A stretch of 64,000 nt of DNA, taken from assembly GCA_050613775.1 (NCBI GenBank), contig JBODTK010000104.1, forward strand, positions 124,001 to 188,000, in the 5' to 3' direction. The DNA comes from Neocallimastix sp. 'constans' (taxonomy: Eukaryota). Of this stretch, positions 24,210 through 40,650 are shown piece by piece. The notes beneath the pieces were generated by a model. It was not told the DNA's origin and did not search any database. It saw only the letters and a program-made list of their open reading frames with translations. Position 1 is the stretch's first letter. Each line of letters opens with the position of its first letter. The translations under genes were made by a program, and so were the position numbers.

Positions 24210-24371
24210 TTTATATAAAATAAATATCTTAACAGCAAAAAAAAAAAAAAAATAATAATAATATAATTATTATTTAATGAATATACATAACTATAATAAA
24301 TATATATAATTTAAATACTTTAAAAAGTTAGTTTAATAAAAAATATTGAAATTCTATATAAAAATAAAATA

Positions 24372-24706
24372 TTTTAAAATTAAAGATTAAAATATTAATA
24401 ATAAGAATTTTATTATATTATTCAAAATATTACATTTAAAAAGATGTATGTAAAATTCATAACAATGTTAATGATTAATAAAAAAACAAGTATTAACATA
24501 GTTCTAATCTAATGAATAAATTACTATATTAAAGATTATTTAAATAATTTAAATAATTAATATAAAATATATGGAAATACAATATAAAAATATAATGTTT
24601 TAAAATTAAAGATTAAAATATTAATTAATATACTTTTATTATATTACCCAAAATATTACATTTAAAAAGATGTATGTAAAATTAATAACAATGTTATTAA
24701 TTAATA
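24372..24706. repeat. ~110-bp imperfect direct duplication downstream of ilvC
   Basis: TTTTAAAATTAAAGATTAAAATATTAAT…CAAAATATTACATTTAAAAAGATGTATGTAAAATT…ATAACAATGTTA at ~24372-24480 and again at ~24598-24706. Confidence 0.8.
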
Positions 24707-24854
24707 AATAAAAATGAAAAATTAAAATAAAAAAATAAAGTAAATATATATTAATTGATGATTAATTTTTTTTTTAACTTTAGGATTTTTTATCTCTAAA
24801 TTTTTTTTATTTTTCTTTTTTTAAATACTTTTTTTATTTAAATTTTAAATTAAA

Positions 24855-25498
<644 letters not shown>

Positions 25499-25829
25499 TT
25501 TACAATTTGTATAAAATTCACTGTGTCGATAATAATTTAGTAAAATAAATAATAAAAATGGCTTTCCTAAGTTCATTAAGAAATCTGAATTACAACTAAT
25601 GTATAACTCTGAAAAACCCATTATTGAAAATGAGAGTTTCATTATTAGTATATAAATGCTCATAAGGAAACAGTAGGTACGTTGAAAAACAAATAGCAAT
25701 ATTTAAATAACATTTTTAATGTAATTCTTATAAAATATATATTAAATAATTTATAGGAAAACATATTGGAAGTTTAAAAGCAATTATTAATAAAAACTCC
25801 AATGAGAATAATAATTATAAAACATACTA

Positions 25830-26400
25830 CGATATTTATTATGAAAAAAAAATATATGAATGGGATGAAGTAGATAATGAACCTTATTCTGTTTCATTTG
25901 TTTATTGAGAAATAACATGGTATATTAAAATTTTTAAAAATTATAATTTAAATTATAGATTTTTTAATTTCTTTAATATATAATTTAATTAGGAAAATAT
26001 TTATATATGTTAATGACAAAGATGGTAATGGCAAAGATCATATATCAATGTATATTCAATGTTTGAATTTTCATTCTAGAAATGTTGAAGATTCTTCTAT
26101 TTCATCTGTAACTGCAAAAATATTATTATTTATTCGAAATAAAAAAAGAAGCGATTTAATTTATATTAAATGTAATTTCTGCTTTTACTATATATATTAT
26201 TATAATCGAAAAAAAATTTTTTTATTTTAACTAATATAAGATATATATATTTTATAGCATCACCTATTACCTGCTTTAATAAAGATAAAATGGAATAGGG
26301 TATGCCATGTTTTGCAAAAAAAAAAATTGATTTGCATAATAAAAATGGACCTATAATAGAAAATAATAAAGCTGTATATGGTGCATACATAATTTGAATG
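25830..26400 (+). pseudogene. Decayed MATH/TRAF-domain gene with intron remnants
   Basis: YEKKIYEWDEVDNEPYSVSFVY*EITW/GT, DGNGKDHISMYIQCLN…VTAKILLFIRN and ITCFNKDKME*GMPCF…PIIENNKAVYGAYI follow the MATH strand order, with in-frame stops. Confidence 0.6.
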
Positions 26401-26469
26401 CAGGTATTCAAAAATATTAAAATACCTTAAAAGTAAATAGGACTATTCAATTCATTATAATGGAAAGAA

Positions 26470-26810
26470 AATTTTTAAGAACTAATTGGGATGCAGATTT
26501 CACTGCTGATGATATTAAAAAAAGATCCACTTCAGGATATAATATTTTTTCGTATTAGAAAATCAGTCCTGCATCATGAAAATCAATGACTCAGAAAAAT
26601 ATATAGCCTAATCCACCACAAAAACCGAATACTCAAGCTTAATAGAAATGTACAAAAAACAAGCTATATGGATAAAAAGATTAGTAAAGGAAATATTCAA
26701 CAAAAATATCAAGAATAAACTATGAAAGGATATAGCTGAAAATGAAAACAAAAAGGGACGAAGCAAATATATGGATATAAAATACATATATATTCAAGAT
26801 GAAATTATAT
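26470..26810 (+). mobile_element. Degenerate Ty1/Copia RNase H fragment
   Basis: DADFTADDIKKRSTSGY, STTKTEYSSL, IWIKRLVKEIF and GRSKYMDIKYIYIQDE correspond to the DADW…RSTSGY, STxEAEY and RxKHIDIRYH motifs. Confidence 0.85.
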
Positions 26811-27049
26811 AAAAAAAATTAAAGTTAAAAATATTTCTTCTTGGAATTCAATTATAATATGAATATTAATATAAATATATTATTTTAATTTTTATAATAA
26901 TTTTTTGATAGTTGATAGTTAAAATTAGAAATAATAAATATATATATATATGTATGTATAAAAAAGTATATAAATATCTCAGTTTTCTCCCTCCATAGTT
27001 TTCGTTTCAAAAAAAGAAAGAAATAAGAGGTTAGAATAAAAATAACAGA

Positions 27050-28520
27050 AAGGAACCTTGATGAATTTTGAAAAATAGTAAAAAAAAAATGAGTGTATAT
27101 GGAATACTATATTATTTATCTACATTTATAGATAAATATGACAGCATAAATTATGATTTTTCAAATTTTACAACTAAATGGGAAAATCAAAAATTTTAAT
27201 CAAACTTAGTAATAAATATGAACATTTAAAATTTATGGAAAACATACCAAATGTAGTTAAAAGCTGTGGTAGATTCAATTATGAAAACAAAAAAAAAAAC
27301 TTAAATATTTATATAGAAAAAAAAATTAGTTTATAAGGATGATGATATTAACATAGAAAATGATAAAGAAACGGACGCTGTAAATATTGTAAAAGAGAAA
27401 ATAAATGAAGGAAGAAAAATAAAGTTGGAAAAGTTTTACTAAAATAGCTATTAAAATGAAGAATGAAAATAAAATGAATAATGGAAAGGAAAGGAAAAAT
27501 AGACTATTGGAAAACAATTCCCTCTAAATATAAAATTTCATGATATTAGAATAATGAATGGAAAAGTCTATCAATTTAGTTTATGTATTGGAAACAAAAA
27601 TACTACAACTATGAAGAAATTAAAACAAATCATAACAAAAAAAATTTAAAATTAAAAAAAGCATTAAAAAAAAAAATAATGAATATATCAACCAATTTGT
27701 ATATCCAAAATTAGTTAGAGTATTTAAAATAAAAAAAAAAGTAATGGATTCAAGTATTAAAGTTGAACTTTAAACAAATACTACTGCTATAAATAATGAG
27801 TTTTGGTTTAATTTTTTTTTTAATCATAATTAAAGAAATTCAAGAGATGTTAGTAAGTGAGCCGTTTACTTTAAGTTATAAAACAATTAACAAAAAGGAA
27901 AGAAAAAATCATTTTTCTTTTAAAAAGCAAGAAGAATATATACTAAATAGTAAAGAAAGTTTTTTTCCTTAATATTTTGAATCTTTGCTTTATTAAAATG
28001 TTGAAGATAATCAATATAAACTTAAGAACATTTTCACATTTGGAATAGAATTTTTCCAAAAAAGAAGAAAATTAAAGTAATTAAAATGTAATTGATATTT
28101 CTTACTCGATAATGGTCAAAAAAGATGTAAATGAAAATGTGGAATTAACCCAAGAATCTGAAGAATCAATGAAAGATTTTTTAGAAAAAAAAAAAAGTAT
28201 ATATATCTAATTTTGTTCTGATATTCCCATTGAAAATAGTAATATTGATATAAATCAAAGATCAGTATCTACTACTAATTATCCTGTAATGAACGATTAT
28301 GAGTGTCTTTCTCTATTCTCAAATAATTCATGTGAACTCTCAAATGATTGAAATGATTCAAATGAGTTATTTAATTATAATTCATGTAATATCAAAAAAT
28401 AATAAATATCCATCGATATCAAATAGTATTTCAGATGTTATTCTAAATAATGACAATCAATCAATATTTACAACCATCATGGTGATTACAATTATCCTTT
28501 ACATTTCCATTCAATAATAC
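27050..28520 (+). pseudogene. Decayed coding-like sequence of unknown origin (gene or transposon relic)
   Basis: Higher complexity than intergenic DNA, with short codon-like runs (KDDDINIENDKETDAVNIVKEKINEG; GKIDYWKTIPSKY; NQRSVSTTNYPVMNDYECLSLF) broken by stops. No family recognised. Confidence 0.3.
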
Positions 28521-29515
28521 TTTGTCTTTTAATATATATAATTAATGGATTACTTTCTTTAATATATAAAAATATATTATAAATGAATTAAAATGATTTG
28601 ATATAGAACTTAATAATTTATATTTTATGAATAATAAGGATATAAATAGTTTATATAATATATATAACATAATGTTAAATCAGAGAGAATTATTATTACA
28701 AAAGTTTAATGAAAAAAAAAAATGAAAAAGAATATTTTGAAGAAATTATCTATATTGTAATGTTTATGTTTACTAACATCTACATTATATATCATTAGTA
28801 TATGCATATGTCGGATATAAAATATTAAAAATAGTATGATAATATTATGAATGCAATCATATGTAGTTATTCAGCCCTTTAGTTTGTTCAGAGCATTTGT
28901 TTAAAATAGAACACTTGAACCTTAATGTTTTTTTTTTAAGTTTCATATTTATTACATAGTTAGTCCATATTTAATTATGTTTTATATATAAAATGTTAAC
29001 ATATTTGTAACCTATTAAATACCTATAAGTATCTGATTTATAATTGATGTTAAATCTATTAATTTGGAATTTATATTTTAGCAAATCCATTTACAGTATA
29101 TTTGATTATAAGTACATATATATAGAAGAGAATGGAAAGGAAGAACAACAAATGTAAATCTAACAGTTCAGGAAGTCAATAAATAAAGGGATTAAACGAC
29201 ATTAGATAATTAGAATAAAAATTACTATTCCTTATAAATATGGATCTAATCAAGTAAATCCATTAAAATATATATAAAGAAAGTTAACTATGAAAAAAAA
29301 AAAATAATGAAACAAAGTTGTATAATAATAATAAAAACTATTAAAAAATATATAATATATAAACATAAGAACAGTATTATTTATATATATAAAGATCCTA
29401 AAATAATAATAATAATAATAAACAATAATTATAAATAATACTAATAATAATTATAAATAATCATATTACATTTTATCAAAATGTGTATTAAATTTATAAA
29501 TAATTAAATTAATAT

Positions 29516-29562
<47 letters not shown>

Positions 29563-29644
29563 TAATTATTTATTTATTTATTAATATTTTAATAATTTAA
29601 ATATAATGTGTAACTTTTGATAAATATTACTTTTTATTATAAAG

Positions 29645-31703
<2,059 letters not shown>

Positions 31704-32569
31704 GTAATAAATCACCTCACTTCACTTTTAAATTCATTTTTAATTTATTTATCTATTTATTCATTTATTCATTTATTTATTTAACATCTTAATAACTATA
31801 ATTAATATAGTGATATTTATTATTGTATAATAATTATTAAATTCATATGATTTTAACACACATTTTACATAAATTAAAAATAAAGACTTTATGTTTATTA
31901 TTAATATAAAAATTATCCATATGACATCAGTATCACTCCTAATACAATAAAAATAAGAATTAAGGAATCAATATAAATAAATCAATATAAATAAAAGTTA
32001 AGGAATCAATAAAAATAAATCAATAAAAATAAGAAATATATTAAAATGTCAAATTTAACAATATCATTATATATGTATGTTTTTTTTTTTTTTTTTTTTG
32101 TTTAATTCGGTATTAAATGATTATTTAATATAATAGAATGAATTAATAAATTGGAATAAAGCTATAAAAAATGAAATTAAACAGTAATCTTGCTATATTA
32201 AAAAAATATTAATTTAAAAAAACGTTTTTTAATAATAATAAAAATTTAATAATTAGTTTTTATTTTATTAATATTTAAAATTTAATATTATTTTATTAAT
32301 ATTTAATATTTATTATTATTTTTTTAATTTTAATATTTATTATTTATTATTTATTATTTTTTTAATATTTTTTCTTATTTTTTTTAAATTAAATATATCC
32401 TTTGCATTCATTGGCTGAATTCATCAAATCCTTTGTACCACATTCTGTAATTATTAATAAACTTTTTTTATTCAAACCATTCGTTAATTTATATATTAAT
32501 AATATATTATTTATTTATTTTTAATGTAACCTTTATTTATTATTATTAACTATTATTTATTATTTATTT

Positions 32570-32825
32570 ATTAATAAATACTCTTATATTATTAATTATT
32601 ATTTAATTATTTATTATTTATTATTTATTATTTATTATTTATTATTTATTATTTATTATTTATTATTTATTATTTATTATTTATTATTTATTATTTATTA
32701 TTTATTATTTATTATTTATTATTTATTATTTATTATTTATTATTTATTATTTATTATTTATTATTTATTATTTATTTATTTATTATTTATTATTTATTAT
32801 TTATTTATTATTTATTATTTATTTT
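32570..32825 (-). repeat. (AATAAAT)n satellite in reverse orientation with the same GAGTATTTATTAATAAAT boundary motif
   Basis: TTTATTAATAAATACTC at ~32567-32583 followed by (TTATTTA)n. Confidence 0.85.
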
Positions 32826-33018
32826 TATCCACTTTTAAAATAATAGTAAAAAAAAAAAAAAAGAAAAAAAAGAAAAATCTAATAATAATATTTAAAAATA
32901 TTTAGCAATATTACAGTTATTAATCAATTATTAAAAATATTTACAATATAAACAAAGATTAAATAATGTTGTAGTTAAATTTATTAATTATATAGGTTAC
33001 ATATACCTTTAGAATTTC

Positions 33019-33052
<34 letters not shown>

Positions 33053-33436
33053 ATTGCAACTATAGAAGAAGGATTTTTTATATTTTTTTAATTTTCTAAA
33101 TTTTATGTAAAAACTTTTATTTTCATTTTCATTTAATTTTTATAATAATTAAAATTTGTCACACCCAACTTTTTTTTTTTTTACCAAATGGTTAAAACAA
33201 TAGCAAGAATTAAAAAAATAATATTATTATTACTATAAATAAATAATAATATTATAAATAATAAAAATATCATATATAAATTATATATAAAAATATTATA
33301 AAATTAAATGAATAATTATAATATATAAATAAATAAATAATATTTATTTAATAAATAAATAAATAAATGTCATTAAATAAACTATTTCAATAAATATAAA
33401 TTATTTTTTATTTTATATTTTTATTTTTATTTTATA

Positions 33437-33467
<31 letters not shown>

Positions 33468-33865
33468 TTTTTTTTTTTAAAGAAAGAAAACATTTATATA
33501 TGTAAAATATTTAATACAGATTTCTTTAGTAATAAATATTATAAATTTTTATTTTTATTTTTATTTATATAATTATAATTTAAGTAAATAATAAATAGAA
33601 TAATAAAAAAAAAAAAGACATATTTAATACAAAGAAATCAATTTTTTTTTTTAAAAAAAAAATAAGTAATAATAATCAATAAAATAAAAGTAGTAATAAA
33701 ATTTATAAATTAAGAGAAATAATTAATTAAACAATATATAGAAATATAAAAGTAATAATCAAAACATTAAGAAGTTATAAAAAAAAAATATATATATATA
33801 AATAGATTTTTAGAGTATAATAAAAACCTAAAAAAAAAGTAAAATAAAATAAAAATAAAATTACA

Positions 33866-35962
33866 ATGTTATACAAAAATAAATTTGCTCTTTTGTTTTG
33901 TTTATTAATTGTAGCATTATGCTTCAGTTTTACTAATGCATCAAAGAAAAAGTTAACTCCAGAACAACAAGCTCTCAAAAATAAGATGAAAGCTGAACGT
34001 ATGAAGAAATCTGAAGCTGCTGATAAATTAATTCGTCATGTTAAAGCTAAAGATTTTAAAAAAGTTGTATTAAATGATAATGAAAATTTATGGATTGTAT
34101 TCTATGGTTCAAAGAAATGTCCACACACTCAGAAATTCAATCCAAAATGGTTACAATTCCAAAAGAATATGGATGATGGTCTTTATAACTTTGAAAATAT
34201 AAAAATTGGAAAAATTGAATGTTATGGTGAACAATTTGGTAAGTTGTTGTATTAATCATTATCATTTATTTATTATTTAATTGATTAAGCAATTACTTTT
34301 TATGATAAAATACGATTGTAGATTAGATATAAATTTTAAATATAATAAATATTTATATATTTATTGTAAATAAAAAATATATATACCAAATAAATAAAGA
34401 ATAAAATTATTATTTTTTTATAAAAAAAAAAAAGAAAATTCTTCTGTGGATTATAATTATTTTAAGTGATTATTAAAAGTAAAGATATAAAAATAAAAAA
34501 AAAATAAAAAAAATAAAAAAAAAAAAAAAAAAGAAAACTTTTAGAATTAATAAATAAAATGTAAATAAAAAATCATTTTAAATATATTTATTTATTATTT
34601 AAAATAATAAAAAAAAAAAAAAAAAAAAAAAATCCTCGGTGTATCACAGTAATTTTAAGTGGTTATAAGAAATAAAGATATAAAAATATAAAAAAAAAAA
34701 AAAAAAAAGAAAGAAAGAAAGCTTGAAAGATTTTAAAATAAATAAAATATAAATATAAAAACATTTAAAAATATATTTAATTTTTATTTAAAATATAAAA
34801 AAAAAAAAAATTCCTCGGTATATCATAGTTATTTTAAATGATTATAAAGAATAAAAATATAAAAATAAAAAAAAAAAAAAAAAAAATCCTCAGTGTATCA
34901 CAGTTATTTTAAATGATTATAAAGAATAAAAATATAAAAATATAAAATAAAATAAAAAAAGAAAAAAAAAAAACTTAATAGTTGTTGGAATAAATAAAAT
35001 AATATAGAATATAAACATAAAAATTTCTTAAAAATATATTTAATTATTATTTTTATTTTTTAAAAAAAAGAAAAAACAACAAAGAGAGATAGAATTTCAA
35101 ATTAATAACAAATTATTTTAAATTTTAAATAGATTTCTGTGTCTCTCAAAAGAATCAATACTGGCCTGAATTGATGTTGTAAGTATTTTAAATATGGAAA
35201 TATGGAGATTACTATTATTATTATATCTTATTATTATATAATGTTTTATTTATTTATTTTCTTTATATATATAAAATACAATATATTGTTATTCATTTGT
35301 GAATATTAAAAATATTGAAATCCATATTAATAAAAACAAAAAAAAAATTTTTTTTATAATATTATAGCTATTTCAAAGGAGAAAAAAAGGGCACTTACGA
35401 TGGTGAAGATGAAATTGAAGATATTGTAAAGTATATTAAAAGTAAAAAGAAGTCTCTCATGAAGGTAAAATCAACAAAGACTGTTATTCAATCAAAGAAT
35501 AGTTTACCAACTAATAAGCCATCAAAGCAATCTCCACCTAGACCAACAAAGGGAGTTCCACCAAAGGCTCCAGCTAAAAGACCACCAAAGCAAGCCCCAT
35601 CAAAACAAGTTCCACAAACTAAAGCATTAAAGGGTGTTCCAGAGGTTATCAAAAATAAAGATAATTCAATTAATGATAATTTTATTGATGAAGAAATCGA
35701 TAATAGTATTGATGATAAAAATAATGAAGTTGAAAATGCTATTGAAGACGATTTTATTAGCCAACCAAAAAAGAATGTAAATATTGAAGATAATCTTTCA
35801 GTTGAAGAAGGTTCTTCTCATGTATTACTTTACTCTATTGGTGGTTGTGCCGCCTGTGTTGCTGGTTTATTATTTGCAAAGAAAAGATTCAGAGGTCATG
35901 GATATACAAGAGTCGTTGGGAATGCTCCAATGAGATATAAATATGATAAACATATTGTTTAA
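33866..35962 (+). CDS. Thioredoxin/PDI-fold type I membrane protein with atypical CPHT site; exons 33866-34238, 35133-35178, 35368-35962
   Basis: Signal peptide; WIVFYGSKKCPHTQKFNPKW…IGKIEC…FCVSQKNQYWPELMFYFKGEK thioredoxin pattern after in-phase splicing; Pro/Lys and acidic stalk; C-terminal TM helix followed by KKRFR. Confidence 0.85.
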
Positions 35963-36780
35963 TTAATTTAAGATATATATACATAAAAAAAAAAAAAAAG
36001 AAGAAGAAAAAAAAAAGATAATACAGAAAGAAAAAAAAAAAAATTTTTTTTTAAAAGAAAGAAATTAAAAAAAAAAGAAAAAAAAAAGAAACATAATAAT
36101 AATAATTAATTAATTTATGTATATATATATAATTATAATAACAATAACAATAACGAAAAAAAAATAATAAATAAATAAATAAATAAAATAAAGAATAAAA
36201 AATAATAATAATAATAAATAATTACAAACATTTTGTTATATTAAAAAATTAATATTAATTGTTGAATTTAAATATATATATTAGAGTAAAAAATAATAAT
36301 AATAATAATAAAAGAAATAAAATAAAACAAACAGAAAAAAAAAATGTTTTATTGATGTACATCCGTTTTAAAATATTTATATTAATAATATTAATAATTA
36401 AAGTCTTATTTAGTATACTATTTTTTTTTTTTTTTTTCTTTTTTTTTTTAACACATTACTTAACATTATATGGTATAAAAGGAAGTGTCTTCTTTACTTT
36501 AATTTTTTTTTTTTTTTTTTTTTTTTTCACTACATTATTTAACCTGGTATGGTGTACTTTTATAATAAGATTAAAGAGTTAATCCTTATTAAATATTTAT
36601 CATTCAATTCCTTTTTAAACTTTATGTCCTATTAACATAACAATTAATTAAATATACATAAATTTATGTTATCCACATGTCATTCGTTGGAAAATTATAA
36701 TTTTTTTTTTTTCGATTAAAGAATTCCATTTAAAAATTTAAAAAAAAAAAAAAAAAAAGATATTTTCTGAAGATTTATTT

Positions 36781-36820
<40 letters not shown>

Positions 36821-36860
36821 ATTATATGCTTTTATTATTTTTTTTTATTTTTTATTTTGC

Positions 36861-36894
<34 letters not shown>

Positions 36895-37219
36895 ATTTTT
36901 TTATTTTTTATTTATTTTTTATTTAATTTTTTTATTAATAGTAATAAATTATTATTATTAATAGTATTATATATATAACGCTTTAATATATATATATTAT
37001 TTTTATGTTTTTATTTTTATTTTTATGTTTCTATTTTTATTTTTATGTTTTTATTTTTATTTTTTTATTTTTATTTTTATTTTTTATTGTTAACTTTTTT
37101 TTTTATTATTATTATATGAGTTCCATGATATATGCGCTTTATTTATTATATTATATTATTTGTTTATTAATTGATTTTTGTTTTGTTTTGCTTTGTATGT
37201 TTTTTTTTTTTTTTTTCCT

Positions 37220-38558
37220 TCAACGGAATAACCAAATAATTAATAAAAATAAACAAACTGCTGTAACTGTCGATAGAATTAAGGTATTTCTTCTCTTCTT
37301 TCTTGAAATTTTTCCTATTAAATTATTTATAATTGGAAAACGATCTAATATAATAATAATGATAATAATTAATACAAATAATATATTTTTTTAATACATA
37401 TTAATTCATTTTTAATCTATCTATATCTAAATTATATTTATTCCTACAAAGTTATATATATATATGAAATTATATTGTTTTAAATTTTATTATTACTATT
37501 ACTATTACTATTACTATTATTTTTATTATTATTTTTATTATTATTTTTATTTTATTTTGTTTTATTCTATTTTATGAAACTTACTTGTAATATTTGCCAT
37601 TCTTGAACCAGTTCCACTAAGCATATGTCTTTGTTCAAGAAGTGAATTTCTTGTACTGTAGGCTTGTCTTTAATAATAATAATAACAATAATAATAACAA
37701 TGATGATGATAATAATAATAATAATAATAATAGCATTAATAATGATAATAATAAAATAAATATATAGTATATACATATTTGTTTATAAATAGACTAATAA
37801 TAAACAATATTAATAATTTTTTTTTTTTAAATTATTTTTACTCTAGAACCATATCAGCCATTCGATTTGATTCATCAATTCTTCCTCTTTCATTTAATAA
37901 ATATTCTTCATTACTTTTGAAAGTCCTTTAAATTTTAAAATTAAATTATAATATTATATGGTTGTGAAATGTCATTATTTATTTATTTATTTGTTGTTGA
38001 AAAAAAAAAATATATATATATATATATATAATATTTAGTGTAATATTGTTATAAAGAAAATTAATTCATACCTAACTTCATTCTTCATTGTATTCATTAA
38101 TTCATTATACTCATTTGTTTGAATATAATTATTCTGTTATATTTATCAAAAAAAAAAAAAAAAAAAAAAAAAAATTATTAAAATTTATTATTAAAAATTA
38201 ATATTCTAAATTTTAAATAAAAAAAAAAAAAAAAAAAAAAATTCACTTTAAATATATATATGTATATTGAAATGCATATATATATTATATATAAATGAAA
38301 TTTGTTTATATATATAATAATTAATAATTATACAATCTATTAATCATTTTAAGAATAAAACTAATAAAATCGACAATTACTTTGTATTTTTTATAATCTT
38401 TTGAATAGTCATAGTACATGTCTCTATGTCTTTGTAAAAAATGTATCATTGAATTGTTTCCCGGATTTAATTCAATTTGTTTGGCCATATTATCAATTAC
38501 ATTTTGTAACTTTATTTAAAATGAATTATAATTTTTTATAATTAAAATATAAATATAT

Positions 38559-38590
<32 letters not shown>

Positions 38591-38591
38591 T

Positions 38592-38680
<89 letters not shown>

Positions 38681-39002
38681 TGTAATAATAATAGTAATAA
38701 AATTATTATTAATAAATATATATTAGAATAATAATTATAGCAAATAAAAATAATATATATAATTTTTAACCGAAATTTACTTTCATTAATGTAGAATCAA
38801 TATCTTTATCAAGAGCATCGATAGAATAACTTGAATTATCCACTGAGTCGTCTATATTAATAGAAACAGCATTGGAAGATTTAGAAGTTATTAATTTTGA
38901 AAATGTTATAATTTTTCCATCAATTTCATTTTCTAGCATACGGGCCTTTCTATTCAATTCTTCCCAAGATAAATCATCAGTATTAGGTATTGGGGCATAC
39001 AT
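37220..39002 (-). CDS. GOS1: Golgi Qb-SNARE GOS1/GOSR1; exons 39002-38781, 38509-38381, 38133-38072, 37925-37842, 37667-37585, 37344-37220
   Basis: WEELNRKARMLENEIDGKI, HFLQRHRDMYYDYSKDY, YLLNERGRIDESNRMADMVLEQAYSTR and RFPIINNLIGKISRKKRRNTLIL plus C-terminal TM; all introns GT-AG and in phase. Confidence 0.93.
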
Positions 39003-39714
39003 CTTGTTTTTTTTTAATTTTATTATTATTATTATTCTTTTTTTTTATATAAAATATATTTTATGAAATAATAGGGATGAATAAAAAAAAATAAATGGAT
39101 AAATGAAAATATAGGTATTTATAATTGTTGTTTATTTATGTTTTTTGTTTTTCTCCTTTTTTTTTTTTTTTTTTTTAATTTCAAGAATTTCTTAATTTTA
39201 ATTGTTTTATTATTTATTTATTATATTTAGTTTAAAATTATAATTTTTTATTAATTATTTTTAAAATATAATTATAACAGAAAAAAAAAAAAAAAAAAAA
39301 GGGCTTATTATTTTTTTTTTTTTTGTTACTCTTTTCGAATATTTTTCTTTTATTATATATATTTATTATTATTATTTTTATTTTAAAATAAAAAAAGATA
39401 TATATATTTTAAACGATTAGTTTTTTCTCTTTTTATTTGATTTTATTAATTTTTTTTATATTTGATTTTATTTTAAATAGAAAAACTTTAATTTAAAAAA
39501 TAATTTTTATATTTAATTAATTATAAATTAATAAAATATTTTAAAACTATTTTATTAATAGAATAATGTATATTGAATATATAATATTAAATAATATAAT
39601 ATTAAACAAAATTCGAATAATTTTTTTTAAGAAAATTCTTAATTTTAATAATTTAAAGGACTGGCAGAATTAGTATGAAAGAAAAAAAAATAACTAATTG
39701 AATAATTGAATAAT

Positions 39715-39955
39715 ATATAATAAATAATAAATAATAGATAATAAATAATAAATAATAAATAATAAATAAATAATAAATAAATAATAAATAATAAATAATT
39801 AAATAATTGAATAATAAATAATAATTTAATAAATAATAAGTAAATAATAAATAATAAATAATAAATAAATAATAAATAATAAATAAATAATAAATAATAA
39901 ATATATAAATATATAAATAATAATAATAATAAATAAATAAATAAATAAATAATAA
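39715..39955 (+). repeat. (AATAAAT)n / (AAAT)n satellite between the divergent GOS1 and EFCAB2 genes
   Basis: Direct reading. Confidence 0.8.
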
Positions 39956-40650
39956 TAATAATGAAAATTTATTAAAGAACCACATACATTTTTTTGATAA
40001 TTTTAAAAGTTGTTTAAAACAATATGTCAAATTTATTTTCTTATTAAAGGACTCATTAAAAATTAATAGTTATAGATCTAATTAAAACAGTTAATTTTAA
40101 TTATATTCATTCTATATTTTACTAAAATAAAATTAATTATATTAAATATTATTACAATGAAATTAAAAAAAAAAAAAATATAAATTTATATAATATTTAT
40201 ATAATCTCAATATAAATTAAACTTTATATTGAAAAAAAAAAAAAAAAAAGTTTATTTAAAGTTTATCGAAATATTTGATAAAACTATTTCGATTAATAAA
40301 TCATAAGCTTAGGAACAAATTAAAAAATATATATATATATATTAATAGAAAAAAAGTTTAGGAGAAAAAAAAAAAAAAAATCGAAAAATAAAAATTAAAT
40401 CATGATTCGAAATTTTTAATAAAAAAAAAAAGTATATATATATATCAGTGAATTATTGTAATTTAAAAAAATATATATATTAAAATATTTTGAAAATTTA
40501 TTATATCTATAAATATAATTAAAAAATTATAAAAATATATATATATATTAAAAAAAAAATAATAAAAAAATAAAAAATAGTTTCATTAAGAATAAATTGT
40601 ATTAAAAAAAAAAAATTAAAAGAGTATTATTTTTATTCTAAACTATTATA

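Noticed and set aside
28870..28925. GCCCTTTAGTTTG…TTGAACC looked tRNA-like
   Set aside because: No acceptor-stem pairing or cloverleaf could be built.
29209..29251. Possible upstream micro-exon (IKITIPYKYGSNQ) for the Rod-like fragment
   Set aside because: Its only open frame ends in phase 0, whereas the 29645 exon needs a phase-2 donor.
36259..37394. Hydrophobic F/I/L/Y-rich ORFs (also 3935-4204, 5732-5962, 30923-31201, 39653-40030, 46476-46775, 57960-58190, 62559-62768)
   Set aside because: Translations of T-rich low-complexity intergenic, intronic or antisense DNA with no recognisable motifs.
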